Part shown: positions 25,301 to 37,705 of the stretch, one piece after another | How positions within the stretch are numbered: position 1 is the first letter of the stretch | How the letters are laid out: each line of letters starts with the position of its first letter | Source of the DNA: Somniosus microcephalus | Lineage: Eukaryota | NCBI GenBank assembly: GCA_052327205.1 | Contig: CM126207.1 | Coordinates: forward strand, 27,776,001 to 27,840,000 | Reading direction: 5' to 3' | Length of the DNA stretch: 64,000 nt | The notes under the pieces: generated by a model | The model's database searches: none | What the model saw: the letters and a program-made list of their open reading frames with translations, nothing else | What the model was told of the DNA's origin: nothing | Position numbers and translations under genes: made by a program

Positions 25301-25619
25301 ATTGCAGGAATGTATTTTACAAAGGTGTTTCTGCTTTAGAATCGGAACTCCATTTGAGTCAATTTTAATGATTGTGTGAGATCTTATAAATAATCACATT
25401 TTTATGAATAGGAGTCTCAGTCGGGTGTTATTGATGGAATAAGCTTTTAACATAAGAAATCTGCTCAGCATGTATAAAATAAACCCGAGATTGGCTTTAC
25501 TATTCTATGTTCTTCTCATCCTTTTTAAACATGAATCACTTGCGCCTGAGCTGTGACCAGGGTGAATAAGTTAACAGTCCTTATCAGGGTGAGCCAGCAG
25601 TGAGGGAATGAAAGACGTA

Positions 25620-27357
25620 GGCCGCGATTTTATGAACCTCGGCGGATCCGTGGCGGGCGATATCTGTGGCGGGTCTCGGCCCCGCTGCTGGCTCTATCCC
25701 GGCCTCTGAAATTACTTTCCGATGATTGGGCTTGTTAAGCCCGCCCAGCGCATTTCCCGACCAATTGAAGGAAGCAGGTCTGATGATGTCACATCATCAG
25801 CCAATTTCCTTAAAGGGACCATGCCCCAATTTAGTTCGACATTTATGCTGTCCGTGTTCTACAGCATTGAGGTGCTGCAAGCACTGCACAGAGGTGCACG
25901 TCTGCACCCAGGCTCTCCCATGGCTTCCTCCATATGCTTATGGGGGGAGTCATAGCACGCAGGAAGATTCTCTTCCCTTCCCATGGGCGGAAGAGACCTC
26001 CACAGGACACCAATGTAGCCTGGTTGCACATTGCACAGGAGGACACAAGCAGAGATGTCGTTAAGAGGACCTGGCTGCAGTGGCGCAAATCTTTCAATGA
26101 TCTCAGTAGATAACGAAACGTTGCTGCAAAGCCACACTCTACCTCATCCTGCTGTGCCACTCATCACATCCCCATCACTCTGCCTTCCCTACCATACTCC
26201 TGCACATCCTTACTCACACCAACTTACCTTGCACCTCCACCCATCCCTCTCTACCTACATTATCACATCCACCACACACACTCACCCTTATCCTAGTGCA
26301 ATCATACCAGCTAACAACACACAAGGGTAGGCACTTGGGTGTTTTAGCTAATATTCATGTAAAGTTTCTGTTAATGTGCTGTCAAACATTGAAATCTTTA
26401 TTTTCAACACTTTGTGTTCTTGGACAGATTTGTGTGCACCTTTGGAAGTGGCTTATTGAGTTGCAGTGAATGGTGAAACATAACGGTACCCCCCCGCAAT
26501 AGTGATGAGTGTGAAAGGAATGGCTTGGGCATTGTAGGGATGCTTTATGTTGTTGGTGTGGGGTGGGACCAACCTGGCGCATCATGTGGCAGCCAGGGTG
26601 TACAGCGTCAAGTGAGGTGAATCTAGCCATGGTGAGGCCATCCCTGGCCTCCTGGGCAGCAATGTGGTCGAGTGCTGATGCTCTGTCCTGTGCAGCATCA
26701 GGTGATTGCGGGGAAGGTTGGTGGTGTTGGTGCTGCTGGTGTACCTGGTGATGCTGTTGTTGGGGATGATTGTGGTGAGATTCTGAGGACCAAGGTGAGA
26801 GAGTTTCAAGGGCACCCATATTGATGGAATAGATGGTAGGTGAAGTAGAAATGACCAGATGTGACCTATTAATGGTGGGGAAGGTAATGGGGTCAGACTG
26901 GATGGAGATTTGTGTAATGACTTGCAACATCCTGAATCTGTAGTGGAAATGCAGTTTAGAGAAGCTAGTGGTTAAGGGAACATTTGTCAATCAGCTGGGA
27001 GCTTTGACTTGACATTTGAAGCTGTCAACTCATCAGCTGAAACAATGGCCACTGACCTCCTGCCTCAGCTTCACAGACGAGGTCTAGGCACAGCGGGAAA
27101 CCGGTGGGCAACCTGTCAAATCCAAAAAGCTGGGAAAAAACCATTGATAAGTGGCTGGCTGTAAACAAGCCACTAATGATTTTAATTGCCTCCCCCGCCA
27201 CTGCCTGTCGGGTCTGCTCAGCACCGACAGACCCGACATTGGGCAAGTCCAGTGTGCGCCTTTTGACAGCGGGTTCCCGACCTGCTGTAAATCATTTTAA
27301 AGTTAACAGCTGACCCGCCACCCAGCCCATCCGCTGAATGCCAGCAAAATTCCGGCC
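25620..27357. mobile_element. Internally deleted PIF/Harbinger transposon with remnants of both genes
   Basis: TIRs GGCCGCGATTTT / AAAATTCCGGCC. Plus-strand Myb/SANT-like remnant, and a convergent minus-strand remnant ending EARDGLTMARF that resembles a Harbinger transposase C-terminus. Confidence 0.75.
25886..26113 (+). pseudogene. Harbinger Myb/SANT-like DNA-binding protein remnant
   Basis: Hand translation: APRLSHGFLHMLMGGVIARRKILFPSHGRKRPPQDTNVAWLHIAQEDTSRDVVKRTWLQWRKSFNDL, showing the W..IA and RT..Q.RK.F.DL pattern. Confidence 0.7.
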
Positions 27358-28142
27358 TTAGCTTGCAATCAAACTCCAATCAGTCGACAGCTATTTTCAG
27401 CATCCAGCCTTCCCTGTGTGGAATATGAATTTATAGCTGGGCCATAAATACATAACTTATAAAGTGTCACTTACACATCCACGTTCACAGGTATAAAAAA
27501 ACTGTGAGAAGGGTGACTTTTGCTCTTGAATTTCAGATATAACCACTGCATAAGATTTTAAAAAATTTTGACCATTAAGATAAAACATTTGCAACACTTC
27601 TTACCACCAGGTTGTTCTGAGTTGTGAAGCAGGGGAATTTGCACCAGGCTACTTTAGATAAATTCCTGGAAATTTCAATGTTTTTTTTTTCAAACTAATT
27701 AGAATATTTAAGCTAATCAAGTTTACAAGTTTTCTCATCTTAGAGTAGTCTTCCATTATCAGTGGAACGATTCCTCAAGGGGAATCTTCTCAGAACATCA
27801 TCTGTCATTTCTGTCAGTATAATCGGCCCATTTTTCAAACAGATTGTGAGGATCTGTGTTTTGCTCTATACTCAAACTGATAAAATGTAACAAAACTCAG
27901 CACTGACGTAGGATCAAATGGAGAAAAAAAAACCCTGGATGGCTCCTAACTGGACCGATGACACTAACAGCTGTGATGAGATGTAGAGGGCCTCAGGGAC
28001 GACATCTTGGCTTATGTTTCCTCAGTGGAAGAGAAACATGGGTGTTTGTTTAACAGACCTGTAATTAGGGTGACTCCGAAAATACTTTTTCTGAAGAAAG
28101 CATATAATAATAAACTGCCTATATCCAATCTAAAGCCGAGTA

Positions 28143-28649
28143 CAGTCACATCTAATGTACAAGAGACACCTTGCTGAAGTCCTCTTTTATTCAGACTAAT
28201 ACACCACTGAAATTCACGGTCCAGCATTTATAATACTCTTTGAAGCCACTTAAGTGGAACATTTGTTTTATAGAGATGACCCACTGGGACCTAATTCCCT
28301 TAATACAATCCTCTGGACCTAACTGTTGGATGGCCAAACCTTGTCTATCTGATTAGTTGGGACAACTGCCGTTGAATCTAGATAAAATGTTGTACTTATT
28401 TTAAGCTCAGTTTGCATGCTGGTAGAGAAATTTCAGGTTAAATTCTCAGCATGCTTTATATGTCACTGCTCCAGTTTCTATGACTACACCTGTGGCACAA
28501 CAGCTGTACCTGACAGCCAACTAAAATACCAATCGCTTTGAATATTGCTAAGTCAATGAGGTGTGCAAACAGAACAGTCAACTGTGACCTCTCTTAGGCA
28601 GGATGGTCAATTAATTGGACATGGTATTCTGATTAATTGGCTTGTACTG
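28143..28649. mobile_element. Degenerate Tigger/pogo-like non-autonomous element
   Basis: TA-CAGT ... ACTG-TA termini; the interior is weakly supported. Confidence 0.35.
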
Positions 28650-29014
28650 TATTTCCTGCGCCTAGAACTTATTCTTGGTACTTCCTGTTATTAATCATCT
28701 CAGTTTCTCAAATTTCCAGATTCCCATCATTTCCATTCCTTATACTCCTTCCAGAGTTCTTTCTCTTTTTAGCATCTTGATCTTCAAAATGTCCTGAAGG
28801 GTGTGCTTACAGTTCAACATTCTTATCTCAATAACAACAACTTGCATTTAAGTAGTGCCTTTAACACAGTAAAGCCCAAAGAAGTCTCTTGGTACAATGA
28901 GATGTGTAATGGTTGTCAACAGCACACAGGGTGGTAACCTAAAAGGGATATAGTGTGATGAAAATATTTATCAGCTGATATGTTTGCTATTTTCCTTAAA
29001 ATATGCATCAACAG

Positions 29015-29126
29015 GTTGCCATCTTTGTGGCTCGAGCTTGTAATATATATCCTCTATCCTTCCTGCTCAACTTGCGCCGTAGAAGAAAAATCCCATGGAA
29101 CTTCCAGCACATGATGATGTTTGCAG
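29015..29126 (+). CDS. SLC9A9: Internal coding exon of NHE9 (not in the ORF track)
   Basis: 112 nt encoding [37 protein letters not shown] plus one G; donor GTAAGT. In frame with both neighbouring exons. Confidence 0.92.
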
Positions 29127-30710
29127 GTAAGTCAATTCCACCTGGTTGGTGATGCCTTGCTCTGAACATCACAGTCCATATTTTGTCCAGTAATGCCTCT
29201 GTGAAGCACCCCTCGGATTTTTTTTGTACGTTAAGAGCGCTATATAAATGCATGTCGCTGTTGTTGTCCAGTACAATAGAATCTGCTTGTAGGGATCATG
29301 AAGATATGAGGGTCAAATCCTGGTTGCCAAAACTAAATTTGGCCTTGTGTGCATGTCTTCGTTTGGTTGCACTGATGGGTTTGATGCTGATTCCTGGAAT
29401 GGCCTGCAGGACTGTTCTGCAATGATAAACAGTTGATAAATCTACTGCTTTTCTCTCTTCTCATCCTTGCTTCTTATTTTGTCAAATTCATTTAGTAGTC
29501 CCATTCACTTAGCTTCCAACAGGCACTATGGGCAGACTGTTACCTGACGCCACTCCTTTCCACACCGCCTATTTCCTTTCCTGTGCTTTATTTGGCATAT
29601 AGGTCAACCTGACAGCTTCCTTGCAGCCTCTAAACATATCAAGAACGCTCCCACCCTCTTCCAGAAAGAGCTGTAGCTGTTTTCTGAATCTGTACTTTCC
29701 AAAGAAGTCAGTTGATAGTGTGTATGTGTGTGCACGCAGATACTGAAATGTGCATTTATCCGGTGGGATGGAGGTGGCACCCAAGATTTTAACATGGAGC
29801 TTCCATCAAGGCAAGTGTTTGCAAGATACACAAGACACGCAGTGCTTCTTTGTCCGGAATGGTGTAGAGCTTCGTGAGTGGGCATCGGTCCCTTCAGTGC
29901 TTTTCCATTGAGTGCATACTCACATTCCTTGTTTTTCCTCTCAAAATGTATTGCCTCGCATTGCTCCACATTAAGACACATCTGCCATCCATCAGCCCAA
30001 TCGACTAATCAATCCATGTCCGTGTCCGGCACACCTCTAACTGTGTTGCAACATTTACTTAGTAGGAAATGGAAGAAAATAAATGAAAAACTAAATGCTC
30101 TCCTTATCCTATAGGCAGCCAGTGCCCCTACAGCAAGCGTTGGTTACCACAAGACGAAAAGCCTGCTTGATGAGCATCCAAAGTCTTGAAGTCTTAACTT
30201 TTCAACATTAACAGTGGGCAGCGTAGGATTTTGTGACTGTTGTCAGAGTACCTGCTGTGACTTGCTGAGGGAAGCAATGAACTGCTGATCGAATCACAGC
30301 ATATGAGTTGAGAGCTAACGTAACATGCACCTGTCGCCTGGACTGAATTTAGACAAGACGCATGTGTGAATCCTGGCAGATGGTACTGTATTCAGGTCAT
30401 CCCCATCTGAATAGAATACAATCTGTGGCATAAGTGGGACCCATTTGTCTCCAGGAGGTACAATTGACCATGTAATCATGGTAGTTAAGAGGCTAAGAGA
30501 CTGTCATTTTCAGGTTTTGTAATCTGCCTGGAATCAACTGTACTGGTTGTGTTATGAAGCCAAGGCACAAAATGGCCATGTTTGCATCCTGGAGTTTAAG
30601 GGTGAAGTAGTGTGCAAGTGCGCTTTCCTAATTGACTGAAGAGCACAGGTTTAAACTTTGATGACTTGAATGTAATTTCTACAGTGGGATGGCCAAACCT
30701 CCACGTTCTA

Positions 30711-31064
30711 CGCCGTGGCTCAGTGGGTAGCACTCTCGCCTCTCACTCAAGTAGTTGTGGGATCAATCCCACACCCGAGACTTGAGCACATAGTCCAGGC
30801 TGACACTCCACTGCAGTACCGAGGGAGCGCTGCACTGTCGGAGGTGCCATCTTTTGGACGAGACGTTGACGTTAAACCGAGGCCCCGTCTGCGCTCTCGG
30901 GTTGGACGTAAAAGATCCCGCGGCACTATTTCGAAGAAGAGCAGGAGAGTTCTCCCCGGTGTCCTGTCCAATATTTATCCCTCGACCAGCATCACTTAAA
31001 AAAACATTATCTGGCCATTATCACATTGTGGGACCCTGCTGCGCGCAAATTGGCTGCAGCAAAT
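30711..31064 (+). mobile_element. DeuSINE (SacSINE1-like) tRNA-derived SINE
   Basis: A box TGGCTCAGTGG and a Deu-domain-like GACGTTAAACCGAGGCCCCGTCTG...AAAAGATCCC. Further fragments at about 48240-48370 (+) and 49000-49145 (-). Confidence 0.75.
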
Positions 31065-31782
31065 GAGCTACTCTCTGTCCCAATTTACAGAGGGACACAC
31101 GTCTAAATCTCCTTGGCTTTATATCCTGGCATTCGAGCCTCCTTCTTCCATGCTGCCAGTTATCAGAGCAGTGCCCAGAGCAGTGCCCAAAGAGAGACTA
31201 TGTTGATGAGTAGGATGGAAAATCAGCTGAGGCAAACATCAGTGCCCTCTCAGAAGAAATAGGAGCAGGAGTAGTGTGAGAGTTCTTTAATTGTTATTTC
31301 TCTTTAAATCATTCTTGATAAGATTACTTAAGCAGTTTAAGTAAAGGGGAAAAGTTAAATATTTGGGATTCTGTTGGTTTAAGAAGAGTAAAACAAGGTT
31401 ACACTGCAGTAGGAGTAAATTGGCACAGCAGGCAGTGGAAACCAGTTTTCTAACCAATCAGCAGGGGTGACTCATTTGGCTGTAAACAAACAAACAGTAT
31501 AAAAAAACAGTCCTAGTGCGAGCAAGCACTGAGTGCGAGTCATCAAAGAGTGCTGAGAGTTTGGGTAAGTGGGGTGTTAGGTGCTCTTTTCAAACTTTAA
31601 CTCTGTGGGTTGTAGCTAATAAGGCCTTTCTGGTGCAGAGTGACTGTTGGTAAACCATTTAACTGGTGTAACTAGAGGGATTGAGTTAATTTAAATCCAA
31701 TTAATTAAAGGGGATACTAGCATCTAAAATCGGGCAGAGGGTGTCCATAACTAACAATAAAAAATTTAATTAATTACATAGA

Positions 31783-32735
31783 ATGGAGCAGGTGATGTGT
31801 TACTGTTGCGAGATGTGGGAGCCGGTGAACCCCATTGAGGCTCACGGTGATTACGTCTGTGACAAGTGTCTGCTGCTACAGGAACTCCAGCTCCGTGTTG
31901 ATGAGCTGGAGTCTGAGCTTCAGACAGTGCGACACATCAGGGAGGGGGAGAAGTACCTGGACTCTGTGTATCAGGAGGTGGTCACACCTATGAAGTTAAT
32001 TAATTCAGATGTAGCCCATGGTCAGGGACAGGACGGTGTGACTACGAGTGAGGCAGGTACGGGGATCCAGGAGGTAGAGCTGGAGGAGCCGCAGCCCTTG
32101 CTCTTGTCCAACAGGTTCGAGGTTCTTACTCCCTGTGGGGACAGGAGCAGGGACTGCAGGGAAGATGAGCAACCTGGCCACAGCACCGTGGAATGGGGGG
32201 CCATTCAAAAGGGGGGAGTAAATAGAAATGTTGTAGTGGTAGGGGATAGTATCATTAGGGGGACAGATAGAGTTCTCTGCAGCTGAGAGCGAGAGTCCCG
32301 AAGGCTGTGTTGCCTACCCGGTGCCAGGGTTAAGGACATCTCCTCTGGGCTGGAAAGAAACTTGCAGTGGGAGGGGGTGGATCCAGTTGTCGTGGTCCAT
32401 GTTGGTACAAACGACGTAGATAGGACTAGGAAGCCGGTTCTGTTAAAGGAGTATGAGCAGCTAGGGGTCAAATTTAAAAAAAAACCTCAAGGGTAATAAT
32501 CTCTGGATTATTACCTGAGCCACGAGCGAATTTGGCTAGGACAAATAAAATTAGAGAGTTAAATGCGTGGCTCAAAGACTGGTGTGGGAGAAATGGGTTT
32601 TGCTTCCTGGGACACTGGCACCAGTACTGGGGCAGGAGGGAGCTGTTCCATTGGGACGGGCTTCACTTGGCCAATGCTGGGACTAGAGTCCTGGCGGATC
32701 ATATAACTAGGGCTGTAGAGAGGGCTTTAAACTAA
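31783..32735 (+). pseudogene. CR1 ORF1 (zinc-finger/leucine zipper + SGNH esterase-like domain)
   Basis: CYCCEM...CDKC, coiled-coil heptads, VVVGDS, HVGTND, DGLH. One in-frame stop (32284-32286) and a frameshift at the A run near 32477. Confidence 0.88.
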
Positions 32736-32773
32736 CTAGTGGGGGGGAGGTTCCTAGAGAGCAAATAATAAAA

Positions 32774-35714
32774 ATGACAACAGAGAAGGTCATAGACTTA
32801 GGTATCAGTGGGGAAATTAAAAACCAGAGCATGTCAGGAAGGGGCAGAAGGTATGGAGTAAAAGGTAAAGTAATAAAAAGGGCAAAAGCAGGAACTAAGT
32901 GTCACAAAACATATTTGAAAGTTCTCTATCTGAATGCACGTAGCATTCGTAACAAAATAGACGAGTTAATGGCACAAATAACTACATATGGGTATGATCT
33001 TGTGGCCATTACAGAAACATGGCTGCAGGGTGACAATGCCTGGGAATTAAACATACCAGGTTATTTAACGATCAGGAAGGACAGGCAGGAAGGAAGGGGA
33101 GGTGGGGTGGCTATGTTAATAAAGGAAGGAATCACTGTAATACAAAGAAATGATATTGGGTCAAAAGATCAGGATAATGAAACAGTTTGGGTGGAGGTAA
33201 GGAATAATAAGGGGAAAAAAACACTAGTGGGCATAGTCTATAGGCCTCCGAACAGTTGCAACTCTGTTGGGTGGAGTATCAATCAGGAAATAGTTGAGGC
33301 TTGTAATAAGGGAACATCTATAATTATGGGGGATTTTAACTATCATATTAATTGGACAAATCAAATTGGGCAGGGCTGCCTTGAGGATGAGTTCATTGAG
33401 TGCATTAGGGATGGGTTTCTTGAGCAGTATGTAACTGAACCGACCAGGGGGCAAGCAACCTTAGATCTGGTCCTGTGTAACGAGACAGAATTAATTAAAA
33501 ATGTCCTAGTAAAGGATCCCCTTGGAATGAGTGACCATAACATGGTTGAATTCCATATTCAATTAGAGGGTGAGAAGGTTGGATCTCAAACAAGCGTGCT
33601 AAGCTTGAATAAAGGAGACTATGAAGGTATGAGAGCGGAATTGAGTAGAGTGGATTGGGAAAATAGATTAAAGGGTAAGACGATACATGATCAGTGGTGT
33701 ACATTTAAGGAGTTATTTTACAACTTCCAAAAAATATATATTCTACTGAGAAGAAAAGGGTGTAAAAGAAAAGACAGCCATCCGTGGCTAAGTAAAGAAA
33801 TTAAGGATAGTATTCAACTAAAAACAAGGGCATATAAGGTAGCCAAATCTAGTGGGAGGATAGAGGATTGGGAAAACTTTAAAAGACAGCAAAAAATAAC
33901 AAAAAGATTGATTAAGAAAGGGAAGATAGATTATGAAAGTAAATTAGCAAAAAATATAAAAACAGATAGTAAGAGTTTTTATACTTATATAAAAAGAAAA
34001 AGGGTGGCTAAAGTAAATGTTGGTCCCTTGGAGGATGAGACCGGGAAATTAATGGTGGGAAATATGGAGATGGCAAAAACACTGAATGAATATTTTGTAT
34101 CAGTCTTTACAGTAGAGGACACCAAGAATATCCCAACACTGGACAAACAGGGGGCTATAGGGGGGGAGGAGCTAAACACGACCAAAATCACTAAGGAAGT
34201 GGCACTCGGTAAAATAATGGGACTCAAGGCGGATAAATCACCTGGACCTGATGGCTTACATCCTAGGGTCTTGAGGGAAGTGGCGGTAGGGATTGTGGAT
34301 GCATTGGTAATAATTTTCCAAAACTCCCTGGACTCAGCAAAGGTCCCGGCAGACTGGAAAACTGCTAATGTAACACCCTTATTTAAAAAGGGCAGCAGAC
34401 AGAAGGCTGGAAACTATAGACCTAACATCTGTGGTAGGTAAAATTTTGGAGTCCATTATTAAGGAGACAGTAACAGGACATTTGGATAATAATTTAATAG
34501 GACAAAGTCAGCATGGTTTTATGAAGGGGAAGTCATGTTTGACAAATTTGCTGGAGTTCTTTGAGGAAGTAACATATAGGGTGGATAAAGGGGAACCAGT
34601 GGACGTAGTGTATTTAGAATTCCAAAAGGCATTTGACAAGGTGCCACACAAAAGATTATTGCTTAAGATAAAAAATCACAGGATTGGGGGTAATATTCTG
34701 GCATGGATAGAGGATTGGCTATCTAACAGAAGGCAGAGAGTTGGGATAAATGGTTCATTCTCAGACTGGCAATCAGTAACTAGTGGTGTTCCGCAGGGGT
34801 CAGTGCTGGGTCCCCAACTCTTTGCAATCTATATTAACGATTTGGAGGAGGGGACCGAGTATAACATATCAAAGTTTGCAGATGATAGTAAGATGGGAGG
34901 GAAAGTAATGAGTGAGGAGGACCTAACAAACCTGCAAGGGGACATAGACAGGCTAAGTAAGTGGGCAGAGATTTGGCAGATGGAATACAATACTGGAAAG
35001 TGTGAGGTTATGCACTTTGGCAGGAAAAATCGTAGAGCAAGTTATTATCTTAATGGCAAGAAACTGGAAAGTACTGTAGTACAAAGGGATCTGGGGGTCC
35101 TGGTGCACGAAACTCAAAAAGTTAGTATGCAGGTGCAGCAAGTGATTAAGAAGGCCAATGGAATGTTGGCTTTTATTGCTAGAGGGATAGAATATAAAAA
35201 CAGGGAGGTATTGTTGCAGTTGTACAAGGTATTGGTGAGACCGCACCTGGAATACTGCGTACAGTTTTGGTGTCCATACTTAAGAAAAGACATACTTGCT
35301 CTCGAGTCAGTTCAAAGAAGGTTCACTCGGTTAATCCCGGGGATGAGGGGATGGACATATGAGGAGAGGTTGAGTAGATTGGGACTCTACTCATTGGAGT
35401 TCAGAAGAATGAGAGGCGATCTTATTGAAACATATAAGATTGTGAGGGGTCTTGATCAGGTGGATGCGGTGAGGATGTTCCCGATGATGGGTGAAACTAG
35501 AACTAGGGGGCATAGTCTTAGAATAAGGGGCTGCTCTTTCAAAACTGAGATGAGGAGAAACTTCTTCACTCAGAGGTTGGTAGGTCCATGGAATATGCTG
35601 CCCCAAAAAGCTGTAGAAGCTACATCATTACATAAATTTAAAACAGAAATAGACAGTTTCCTAGAAGTAAAGGGAATTAAGGGTTACGGGGAGCGAGCAG
35701 GAATTTGGACATGA
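32774..35714 (+). pseudogene. CR1 ORF2 (EN+RT) with one frameshift
   Basis: ORFs 32774-34441 and 34431-35714. A short deletion near 34422 relative to copy 1 breaks the frame. Confidence 0.93.
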
Positions 35715-36240
35715 GTCTAGGTTCAGATCGGTCATGGCCCTGTGGGTAGTGGAGCAGGCCCAGGGGCCATGTAGCCTGATCCTGCTCCTATTTCGTGTGC
35801 CTAATTCTGTTAGATTCAGGAGATGGTTCTGGGATAGTAGATTGGTGGTTAGGATCAGATTAGCCATGATCTTATTGAATGGCGGAGCAGGCTCCTGATT
35901 GACCAGAGAGTATCATTGTCAAAAGCCTGCATTCACTTGCCCATCCCCTCCTCAGTGACGATACACTGACTATGAGATTACAGAGGAGGGAAAATAGCAA
36001 TCAAATACATTACTTTGTTTTATTTTAATAAAGATAACGTGGATTTGGTGCTCATCAGGTGAAGGTTATTAATGCTGGGGCATTGAATTTTTCCCATTTT
36101 AAGCACCCAGCATCAAACACTCCCAAGTCAGCTATGGCAAGGCCAGATGCAGAGTAACGCTCCCTGTCCTCTGCCCCAACAATACACCTCAGTCTCAACC
36201 TACCCATCCATGCTGCAGCAGTGACATGTTTTCTGTTTCC

Positions 36241-36510
36241 CTCGGAGTGAGATGATCTCCTGGGGCCTCTCGGAGTGAGATGATCTCCTGGGGCCTCTCG
36301 GAGTGAGATGATCTCCTGGGGCCTCTCGGAGTGAGATGATCTCCTGGGGCCTCTCGGAGTGAGATGATCTCCTGGGGCCTCTCGGAGTGAGATGATCACC
36401 TGGGGCCTCTCGGAGTGAGATGATCTCCTGGGGCCTCTCGGAGTGAGATGATCACCTGGGGCCTCTCGGAGTGAGATGATCTCCTGGGGCCTCTCGGAGT
36501 GAGATGATCA
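36241..36510 (+). repeat. 28-bp minisatellite, about 9.6 copies
   Basis: Unit CTCGGAGTGAGATGATCTCCTGGGGCCT. Confidence 0.97.
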
Positions 36511-37705
36511 ATTGTTCATGTTATAATTAGGGGCAAGTTTATACTGTAGGCTGATGCCCACTCGGAACTGGGTTTAGACTGCCCATACTCATTTCACATA
36601 TGCTGCATGCAGGGAATGTCATTGCTGATGACAACAATAGGGTTCCTGTACAGAAACTATTCAAGTCACCGATTTATGTTGAAACTCAGATTTTTGTTAT
36701 TTCTTTTTAATAGGAAGGGGTAGAAGGCACAACTAGTGAGGGTGAAATATTCATCTTGCAGGTTATTCATATCTTCACTGAAATCTCTCACTTTCTCCAT
36801 GGCCTGGAATGAGCTATCCAACTGCACATGACAAGTCCCCATGAGAAATCTAGGGCCTGAGTCCTGTCACTGTTGCAATCAATGCTGAAGAGCTTGTGGA
36901 GAATTGCACTAAAACTGCTATTTGGAATGCCATTGATTTTTCTTTTATCTGCAGCTCTAGACATTAAAAAACACTATTAATCCCCTGATATCAACTCTTC
37001 TGCACAATTACAACTGCCATTCCCAATAACTGTCAAGCCAGTGTCATCAGAGTTTTCAGGCTGCTTCTGAAAGAAGATGTCTGATTTCCAGTCCTTGTTT
37101 GCCAACCAGTGTTAAGGATAACAGCAGTTCCCTCCTTCTGCTATGTTGTCTCCTGTGCAGTGTGTTCATGAACGGTGGTTATCTTCAATATTTATTGAAC
37201 TTCTACAAACAAATCAGACCAAGAATACTGAGCAAGTAAATAGAAGTTCAGTCTTTTAAAAGAAAAGTAGCTAATTTTTTTTCTCCACATTTTAATATAT
37301 TCTATCGCCCTTTTGGTTCTCCGTTTCCCAGATTTGAGTGCACTCTGACGATTTGCTTCTGTGCTTATTGCAGTGCTGATGTGCAGCTGATTCTTGAGTG
37401 GTTTGCCCTCAGTAAGTTTGCCGTTTCCCCACTGAGGAAATGTCGAACCTTCCCTTGTATGGCATGGCCTGAGATTGGATAATTGCCTTGCGGGAAATCA
37501 TGTCACAAACCAGCAGGGGAGCAAGACTGGAATTTTCTGCTTGGTGAAATTAAAGGAAGTCAACTGCAAACGCTAGAAATCTGAAACAAGAGGAAGATGC
37601 TGGAAATACACAAAAAGGTAGTCAGCAACTGTAAAGGGAACAGACAGGTTAACAATTTGGGTGTAATCCTTCTGTTGTGACAAAACGTGTGCAAAGGTGA
37701 GGAGA

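Larger units (their letters stand above)
15054..29014 (+). other. SLC9A9: U12-type (minor spliceosome) GT-AG intron of SLC9A9
   Basis: 5' splice site GTATCCTTT matches the U12 consensus. Branch-like TTTCCTTAAA at 28991-29000 lies 14 nt before the exon, with no polypyrimidine tract before CAG. Confidence 0.9.
31251..35894 (+). mobile_element. Near full-length CR1 LINE (copy 2)
   Basis: 5' UTR, ORF1, ORF2 and 3' UTR. Very similar to 9454-12799. The extreme 3' tail is absent at 35894 but present inverted at 31251-31274. Confidence 0.95.

Noticed and set aside
36241-36510. CRISPR-like 28-bp repeats
   Set aside because: Units are head-to-tail with no spacers, the context is eukaryotic, and there are no cas genes.
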